The notes under the pieces are model-generated. The model worked only from the letters and a program-made list of their open reading frames with translations, was not told the DNA's origin and ran no database searches. This document shows positions 34,517-40,592 of a stretch of 45,534 bases of DNA, piece by piece. The stretch is from assembly GCA_034666705.1 (NCBI GenBank), contig JAXDLH010000023.1:1-45534 (forward strand). The letters are read 5' to 3'. This stretch comes from Chloroflexota bacterium. Its GTDB lineage: Bacteria; Chloroflexota; UBA6077; SHYK01. Every line of letters begins with the position of its first letter. Within the stretch, counting starts at the first letter, position 1. Position numbers and translations under genes: made by a program.

Positions 34517-35800
34517 TTGAACGCAGGGCCGCCGGGGGGATCCCCGGGTGCTGGGCCAGCCGGCCCGACAGAGGCGCGGGCGTTCTCGTGGGATGCGTTC
34601 CTCTCGATCTATTTCCCCGCCATGCTGCTGGCGCTCGGCACTGGCATTGCGGTGCCGGCGATCCCCGTGTTGGCGAAGTCGTTCGACGTCGGGTTCGGCG
34701 TCGCGAGTTTCGTCATCACGGCATTTCTCGTCGGAGGCCTGGTCGGAAGCTTGCCTACTGGCTGGCTGATCGACCGTTTCGGCCGCCGCCCGATCATGAT
34801 CGCCGGCCCGTTGCTCACCGCCGCTATGGCGCTGCTCGTCATGACGGCCCAGACGTTTCCCGAACTGCTGGTCTACCGCTTCCTCGACGGGTGGGCGGCC
34901 CAAATGTGGCTGCTCGGCCGGCTGGCCCGCATCTCGCATGGGGCGGCCGCTGGCCAGCGAGGCCGGCAGGTGAGCTGGATGTACGGGATGGACAACGTGG
35001 GGCGCCTCTCTGGACCGCTGGTCGGCGGCTTCATCGCCCAGGCATTCGGGGCGCGGGCGCCGTTCGGCGCCTACGCGGTGCTGGCGCTGCTGGCCTTGAT
35101 CCCGACGATCAAGCTCGCGGAGGAAGTGCCGAATCGCCGGCCAACGGATGCGGGCGGCGCGCCTCAGGCCCCGCCTCGGACAATGAGCGTCTTCGAGATT
35201 GTCGTGCCCCGCCTCCCGTTCTTCGGGGTGGCGCTCTTCGCCGCGATGGCTCGCGGCCCGTTGTTCGCTAACATGCTCCATCTGTACGCGGCATTTGCGT
35301 ACAACCTCGACGCCGCCACTATTGGCATCCTCGCCACCTCGGCGAGCCTGGTAGGGCTGCCGATCGGCTTTCTTGCGGGCTGGCTCATGGATCGATTCGG
35401 CCGTAAGGTCACGATGGTCCCCGGGTTCCTGGGGGTCACCGTCACCATGCTGTTTGTCGCCGCAACTGCCTTCTTGCAGCTCCCGTTAGAGTGGTACGTC
35501 GTGGCGTTTTTGTCGACGGTGTCGATGCAGAGCCTCACCGGCGGCTCGGTGCAAACCATCGGCACGGACGTCGCGCCGCCCAGCGCACGCGGTATGTTTC
35601 TAGGGATGTGGCGCTTCACCGGGCAGATCGGCACGACCGTCAGCCCCGCGATCTTCGCCTTCCTTGCCGACGTCGCAGGTTACGGCTCGTCGTTCGTGTT
35701 CGTAGCGGCTACGGCGTTTGCCGCGGCGCTGCTGCTCATCACGCGCGTACCCGAGACGTCGAAGTCCAGCGCCCCAGTGAAGGCGGCGGCTGCGTCCTAA
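34517..35800 (+). CDS. MFS transporter
   Basis: About 12 predicted helices. GWLIDRFGRRPIM (MFS signature D-R-x-G-R-R) and a repeat of it in the second half (GWLMDRFGRKVTM). The TTG start is the only in-frame start upstream of TM1, so the start position is less certain. Confidence 0.85.
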   Translation: MNAGPPGGSPGAGPAGPTEARAFSWDAFLSIYFPAMLLALGTGIAVPAIPVLAKSFDVGFGVASFVITAFLVGGLVGSLPTGWLIDRFGRRPIMIAGPLLTAAMALLVMTAQTFPELLVYRFLDGWAAQMWLLGRLARISHGAAAGQRGRQVSWMYGMDNVGRLSGPLVGGFIAQAFGARAPFGAYAVLALLALIPTIKLAEEVPNRRPTDAGGAPQAPPRTMSVFEIVVPRLPFFGVALFAAMARGPLFANMLHLYAAFAYNLDAATIGILATSASLVGLPIGFLAGWLMDRFGRKVTMVPGFLGVTVTMLFVAATAFLQLPLEWYVVAFLSTVSMQSLTGGSVQTIGTDVAPPSARGMFLGMWRFTGQIGTTVSPAIFAFLADVAGYGSSFVFVAATAFAAALLLITRVPETSKSSAPVKAAAAS

Positions 35801-35817
35801 ACTCAAGCCAAAGTGAA

Positions 35818-35878
35818 ACCCGCATTCGCTCAGGCGTGATTACGCACGCGGAAATGCGGTTTTCATCGTGGCTTTGGT
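35818..35878 (+). terminator. copy B of the conserved ~62-nt hairpin + U-tract element
   Basis: ACCCGCATTCGCTCAGGCGTGATTACGCACGCGGAAATGCGGTTTTCATCGTGGCTTTGGT begins 18 nt after the MFS stop. Outer stem CCGCATT(35820-26)/AATGCGG(35853-59), inner stem GCGTG/CACGC, then TTTTCA. About 90% identical to 10752-10813. Confidence 0.5.
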
Positions 35879-35894
35879 CTGTCCCGATCCGCAA

Positions 35895-36205
35895 ATTGCA
35901 ACCGTTCGCCCTGCGACGCTCAATTGCAACATGCAGTTGGGCATCCGGTGCCCGACGAGATCGAGCATTGCAACCATTCGCCCTGAGACGCTCGATTGCA
36001 ACATATATCTTGGCTAAGGATCGTACCAGACATGAAAATTGCAACGTGCTATGGTCGGCTAGGTACGTCCGAGGCATACAACTTGGCTAAGGATCGTACC
36101 AGACATGAAAATTGCAACCGTTCGCCCTGAGGCTCTCGAAGGGCGGACATGGCGAGTGCGATGTTGACTCCCCGCGGTTTCGTGGTTCGAGAGCCTCACC
36201 ACGAA
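35895..36205. repeat. nested repeat cluster (36-bp ATTGCAAC-bounded units at ~72-bp period, 44-nt duplication, two covarying hairpins)
   Basis: X1 at 35895-35930 is ATTGCAACCGTTCGCCCTGCGACGCTCAATTGCAAC. X2 at 35967-36002 matches it at 33/36. A lone ATTGCAAC sits at 36038-45. X3 at 36111-36146 matches for 23 nt and then forms hairpin CGCCCT-GAGGCTCTCGA-AGGGCG. An inverted copy at 36179-36205 has stem TTCGTGGT/ACCACGAA around the same loop. A 37-nt exact duplicate lies at 36009-36045 and 36082-36118. Confidence 0.65.
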
Positions 36206-36270
36206 CGGTTGGATGAACAGTTGGATTTCATGTTCGCGTCGAGGCGAATTGGTGTCAGTCGGCTTTGGTG

Positions 36271-37611
36271 TCAATCGGCTGAGGGCACGCTCAGCGCGGC
36301 GACGCCATTCGCGCCGTACAGGTTCACCGAAAATTCTTCCGGCGGTCCTGCTGAGAACGCCTCGCGCCACGGCGCCGTCGCCTCGATCCAGTTCATCTCT
36401 TTCGGGAGCTTGGCGGCCGTGCCGCGCACCCGGTAGAGCGCTGGATCCTCGACGGTCGCCGGCAACTCGCCGCGGTCGCGGTACGCCTTCGCCGCGTCCA
36501 ACATCACGCGGCGGAAGGCGATGATCGCCTTATCCGTCGTCCCCAGGTATTCGTGCGTCCGGTCGTAGATTGCGCCCATCGTGACCTGCACCGCCGAGTC
36601 CTGGAGCGGGTTCGAGTAGATGCCAAGGTACATCTGGTCCTTCTCGAGCGACCGGTCCCGCAGCCAGTAGTTGTCGGCGTCGGCCTGCAGTCGCCAGTTG
36701 CCCCACGGAACCATGGGATCGTCCGGCTTATAGCCGTATGGCTGCCGGCCGGTGCCCATGTGCGCGGCGTCAGTGAACTCGCGCGGCACGTCGCGCTTGC
36801 GCGCCGGTCGCCACTCCATGATGAGCGTGTTGTAGTCGTCGATCGGCATCCAGACCTTGCCGCCCGGACCCGTCACCATGGTGTAAAAGGGCATCGCGAA
36901 CTGGGTGATGCGCCAGTAGTAAGAGTCCCCCGTGTCGCGCCGCGCGCCGTAAAAGTAGCCGTAGTTCGTGCGAACGATCTCGAGGTGTGGGTTCGGATCA
37001 GCCTGGTGCAGCCGCGCGCCCTCACTCCCGTACTCGCCCTGCAAGCGACGGTGCAAGAAGTTGATGTGCACCGTGTCGATGTCGCCTTCGAGCGCCTGCG
37101 CCCAATTGCACTGGCGGACGTACTTGAACGGCTCCGCCGCACCCCAGCCGGCGAGGCCCATGTTGACCTCAAACTCCGGGAGCATTGGAGGCGCCTGGCG
37201 TGAGCCCATGTAGACCCACACGATGCCGTTGCGCTCCTGCGTGCGATACGCCTTGATCTTCACCTTGTTCCTGAAGGTGCTCTGCTCGCCCTCGCTCGGC
37301 ATGTCGACGCACGCGCCTGTGTGGTCGAACTTCCAGCCATGGTAGGCGCAGCGCATCCCGCCGTCCTCATTGCGGGCGAAGATCATCGACGAGCCGCGAT
37401 GCGGACAGTTCTCGTTGATCACGCCGACGCAGCCGTTCGTATCGCGAAACGCGACGAGGTCCTCCCCAAGCAGCCGTACCCGCCGCGTCAATCCGTCCTC
37501 TTCCAGCTCCGAGGAGGTGAACGCCGGGATCCAGTATTCGCGCATCAAGCTGCCCATCGGCGTGCCTGGCCCGACGCGACACAACAGCTCGTTGTCTTCC
37601 TTGGAAAGCAT
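36271..37611 (-). CDS. Rieske [2Fe-2S] aromatic ring-hydroxylating oxygenase, alpha subunit (phthalate-family/class IA-like)
   Basis: ORF trimmed to ATG 37609-37611 (GGAGGAGCC RBS). Rieske motif CPHRGSSMIFARNEDGGMRCAYHGWKF. A catalytic-domain-sized C-terminal part. No beta subunit adjacent. Confidence 0.9.
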   Translation of the reverse strand: MLSKEDNELLCRVGPGTPMGSLMREYWIPAFTSSELEEDGLTRRVRLLGEDLVAFRDTNGCVGVINENCPHRGSSMIFARNEDGGMRCAYHGWKFDHTGACVDMPSEGEQSTFRNKVKIKAYRTQERNGIVWVYMGSRQAPPMLPEFEVNMGLAGWGAAEPFKYVRQCNWAQALEGDIDTVHINFLHRRLQGEYGSEGARLHQADPNPHLEIVRTNYGYFYGARRDTGDSYYWRITQFAMPFYTMVTGPGGKVWMPIDDYNTLIMEWRPARKRDVPREFTDAAHMGTGRQPYGYKPDDPMVPWGNWRLQADADNYWLRDRSLEKDQMYLGIYSNPLQDSAVQVTMGAIYDRTHEYLGTTDKAIIAFRRVMLDAAKAYRDRGELPATVEDPALYRVRGTAAKLPKEMNWIEATAPWREAFSAGPPEEFSVNLYGANGVAALSVPSAD

Positions 37612-37757
37612 GGCTCCTCCTGGATTGGGTGCAGCGAGAGGCTGCTGGGTTGGGTCGCATTGTAGCAGCCGCCAACGATCCGTCCGGGGACATGCTACGA
37701 TGGCGACTGCGCTCCGGCGGTGCGTCGGGCGTTGCATTCAAGCGGGGGAAGGCGCCC

Positions 37758-38729
37758 ATGGTCGCGACGCAGCGCGTGTACCTTACCCTGGCCGAAGCCA
37801 GGACGATGATCGACCGCGGGCTGGCAAAAGCCGCGGAGCTGCACCAGGCCGGCGCCATTGTGGTCGTCGATGCCGGCGGAGACTCGGTTTCCATCTCCCG
37901 CATGGATGATGGCCCGGTCTCCGCGATCCACGTCTCGCATGCCAAGGCGTACCTCGCGGCGGTGCAGGGCCGCCCCACCGCAGCCTTCGCCCTCAACGCG
38001 CACGATCGACCGGAGATTTTCTCGGCGTTCCAGCACATCCTCCCGCAGCAGCCGTTCCCCGGTCCCGGCGGCATGCCCGTTATCAAGGGTGGGAGAGTGG
38101 TCGGCGGAATCGCCACTGGCGGTGGAATCGGCCCTTACACGGAGATTGCAGGCGTTGATCCCGGTGCGCTCATGGTGGACGGCGTCCAGGCCAACGCAGA
38201 GGACATCGTCATCTGCGCGGCGCTCGGTATTCCGTACGCGAGCCAGCACGGTGACCGCTCGCTGTGCGACCCACGCGCGAGCACCGAATCGCCCGTCACT
38301 CCCTTGCCGCTCGGCCTCGACGAGGCGCGCGGCTACGCGGACGGGGCGATGGCGTACGCCGCGAGCGAAGGGATGGCCATCGGGGTCGCGGTCGTGGACG
38401 AGATGGGCCGGCTCATCCAGAATGACCGCATGGATGATGCGCCGTACGGCTCGTGCCCGATGGCCGAGGCGAAGGCGATGAGCGCGATGAAGTTCCGGCG
38501 CGCGACGAGCGGTCTGGCCGAGGAGTTCCGGGGCAACTCGGCACGGATGCGCGCCATCGAGAAGATCCTCAGCTTCACGATCCTCGCGCTCGGCGGCGGG
38601 GTCCCGATCGTGAAGGATGGCCGGCAGGTCGGCGCGATCGGCGTGAGCGGCAGCGGTGCTCGCGCTACTCGCGGAGGCACCGGTGGCCGCGACGAGGAGG
38701 TCGCTCTCGCCGCGCTCGATCTCGGCTGA
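37758..38729 (+). CDS. tandem GlcG/HbpS-like (DUF336) domain fusion protein
   Basis: ORF trimmed to ATG 37758. The first half (LTLAEARTMIDRGLAKAAEL…VVVDAGGDSVSISRMDDG…GGMPVIKGGRVVGGIATGGG) and second half (LGLDEARGYADGAMAYAASEG…AVVDEMGRLIQNDRMDDA…GGGVPIVKDGRQVGAIGVSGSG) each match the GlcG pattern. Confidence 0.8.
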   Translation: MVATQRVYLTLAEARTMIDRGLAKAAELHQAGAIVVVDAGGDSVSISRMDDGPVSAIHVSHAKAYLAAVQGRPTAAFALNAHDRPEIFSAFQHILPQQPFPGPGGMPVIKGGRVVGGIATGGGIGPYTEIAGVDPGALMVDGVQANAEDIVICAALGIPYASQHGDRSLCDPRASTESPVTPLPLGLDEARGYADGAMAYAASEGMAIGVAVVDEMGRLIQNDRMDDAPYGSCPMAEAKAMSAMKFRRATSGLAEEFRGNSARMRAIEKILSFTILALGGGVPIVKDGRQVGAIGVSGSGARATRGGTGGRDEEVALAALDLG

Positions 38730-38817
38730 TCTTCCGCGGAAACACCGCGGCATGGCGCGACGGACGGGGGCATGGGCCCGGTGTATCCTTTCGCATTGAT
38801 CGGGTGAGGAGGAAGCC

Positions 38818-40302
38818 ATGGCACGGTCTGAGCTGCTCGAGGCGCGGCGGAGCACCGGAGGCTATCACGGCCTGCGCGAGTGGCTGGAGCGCGTCGACCA
38901 GTTCGGCGAGCTGGCGCGGATCAGCGGCGCCCACTGGGACCGTGAGATGGGCGCCATCACCCAGATGCTCACCGAGAGCAGTCGCGGCCTCGCCCCGGCC
39001 ATCCTCTTCGACGACGTGCCGGGCTACCCGACCGGCTACCGCACCCTTTACGGGCAGTTCTCCTCGATCAAGCGGGTTGCGCTGACCCTTGGTCTGCCGC
39101 TGGAGTACGAGCGCCGCGCCGACATCGTGCACGCGTATCACGAGCGCATGGCGCATATGGAGCTGCTCAAGCCGCGCGTGGTGAGCGATGGACCCGTGTT
39201 CGAGAACGTCATGACCGGCGACGACGTGGACGTGCTCAAGTTTCCGGTCCCGCTCCACCACGACCGCGATACCGCGCGCTACGTCGGCACTGCTGACCTC
39301 GTCATCACCAAAGACCCAGACAGTGACTGGTACAACCTCGGCGCCTACCGCGCCGAGGTGTACGACGGCCGTACTGTGGGCTGTCAGATCACCGAGGGCA
39401 AGCACGGCCGCATCCACCGCGACACCTACTTCGAGCGCGGTCAGAGCATGAAGGTTGCCATCGTCTGCGGGCAGGATCCGCTGTTGTACATGCTCTCCGC
39501 GAGCCCGCTGCCCAAAGGCGTGTCGGAATACGAGTTCGCCGGCGGCCTGCGAGGCGAGCCCATCGACGTCGTGCTCGGCCCGTACACGGGCTTCCCGATC
39601 CCGGCCGACGCCGAGATCGTGATCGAAGGCGAAACGGTGCCCGGCAACGTGCGTCCTGAGGGCCCGTTCGGTGAGTGGATGGGCTATTACTCCGACGATG
39701 TGGTCGCGCGGCCATACGTCGACGTGAAGACCGTGCTGTATCGGAATAATCCAATCCTGACCTGCGCGCCCCAGCACAAGCCAGTCGACGAGACCGGGTT
39801 GCTCAAGGGCATCGCCGGCGCCGCTGAGATCTGGAAGGCGCTCGAGGCTTCGGGTCTGCCCGACATCCTCGGTGTCTGGAACCACACCGGCGGTCCCGCC
39901 ACGCGATTCACGGTGATCCAGATCCGCCAGCGCTATCCCGGCCATGCCCGCAACGTGCTGCACGTCGCGGCGAATTGCATGGCCGGCGCGTATAACGGCA
40001 AGTGGACGGTCGTGGTCGACGACGATGTCGATTGTTCGGACATCGATCAGGTGATGTGGGCGATGTGCACCCGCTTCGATCCGATGAACGACGTCGACCT
40101 CGAGCAGAAGGCGTGGTCGTCAGGCCGGGATCCGATGGTCATGCCCGGCAATTTCAACAACCGAATCTTGATCGACGCCTGCATCCCGTATGACCGCAAG
40201 CTGCGTGGCACCTTCCCGCACGTCGTGGACGTGAATCCGGAGATGCGGGCGATGCTGCGCGCTCGCTATGCAGACATCTTCGACCGCTACCAGCCACAGT
40301 AG
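38818..40302 (+). CDS. UbiD-family (prenylated-FMN-dependent) decarboxylase
   Basis: 494 aa. GLREWLERVDQFGELARI, …FDDVPGYP…, RIHRDTYFERG, EYEFAGGLRGEPIDVV and PEGPFGEWMGYY fit the UbiD family. GAGGAGGAAGCC RBS. No UbiX-like gene in the window. Confidence 0.9.
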   Translation: MARSELLEARRSTGGYHGLREWLERVDQFGELARISGAHWDREMGAITQMLTESSRGLAPAILFDDVPGYPTGYRTLYGQFSSIKRVALTLGLPLEYERRADIVHAYHERMAHMELLKPRVVSDGPVFENVMTGDDVDVLKFPVPLHHDRDTARYVGTADLVITKDPDSDWYNLGAYRAEVYDGRTVGCQITEGKHGRIHRDTYFERGQSMKVAIVCGQDPLLYMLSASPLPKGVSEYEFAGGLRGEPIDVVLGPYTGFPIPADAEIVIEGETVPGNVRPEGPFGEWMGYYSDDVVARPYVDVKTVLYRNNPILTCAPQHKPVDETGLLKGIAGAAEIWKALEASGLPDILGVWNHTGGPATRFTVIQIRQRYPGHARNVLHVAANCMAGAYNGKWTVVVDDDVDCSDIDQVMWAMCTRFDPMNDVDLEQKAWSSGRDPMVMPGNFNNRILIDACIPYDRKLRGTFPHVVDVNPEMRAMLRARYADIFDRYQPQ

Positions 40303-40393
40303 GCAATCAACAGTAAGCAAGCACATGTAGATGCAGCTTGGACCAGGCTGAGAGCAGGATGCACAACGTCTGCGTCATCCTTGAGGCCGCAGC

Positions 40394-40448
40394 CGAAGGA
40401 TCCGTAGTCCCAACCTTGGAATCACGGATCCTTCGCTTCGCTCAGGAT
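40394..40448. repeat. hairpin repeat family: 12-bp inverted pair plus reverse-orientation copy H7
   Basis: CGAAGGATCCGT(40394-405)/ACGGATCCTTCG(40424-435) are exact reverse complements. H7 has stem ATCCT(40428-32)/AGGAT(40444-48) with loop TCGCTTCGCTC, the reverse complement of GAGCGAAGCGA. Confidence 0.6.
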
Positions 40449-40592
40449 GACCCGATCCTTGTGGCGCCGCTCGATCGTCGGAGCCTAACACACGGAGTCA
40501 GGCTCGGCGTGTCAATCTGATCGCGTGCCAGCGTGCAACTCACTGCATCGGGCCAGCGTAGATCTCGATATCTGCTATCAGGAGAGGTCCCC

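Noticed and set aside
35895-36146. Calling the ATTGCAAC-bounded 36-bp repeats a bona fide CRISPR array
   Set aside because: Only two well-matched repeats exist, and they differ at 3 of 36 positions. The third unit keeps only the 8-nt head. One inter-repeat segment is duplicated (36009-36045 = 36082-36118). The units share sequence with the dispersed hairpin family. No cas genes or recognisable leader are present in the window. I report it as a repeat cluster with CRISPR-like geometry instead.
36178-36205. tRNA-like GGTTCGA strings (for example 36184-36190, 14440, 14024)
   Set aside because: There is no surrounding cloverleaf (acceptor stem, anticodon arm). The 36184 hit is the loop of a hairpin-family repeat and the others lie inside well-supported coding sequences. 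I found no tRNA, rRNA, tmRNA, RNase P or SRP RNA signatures.
40533-40592. GTG 40533 as the start of the xanthine-dehydrogenase-family large subunit
   Set aside because: The 20 extra residues (MQLTASGQRRSRYLLSGEVP) precede the conserved N-terminus and lack an RBS. TTG 40593 has AGGAGAGG 5 nt upstream. Start choice remains somewhat uncertain.
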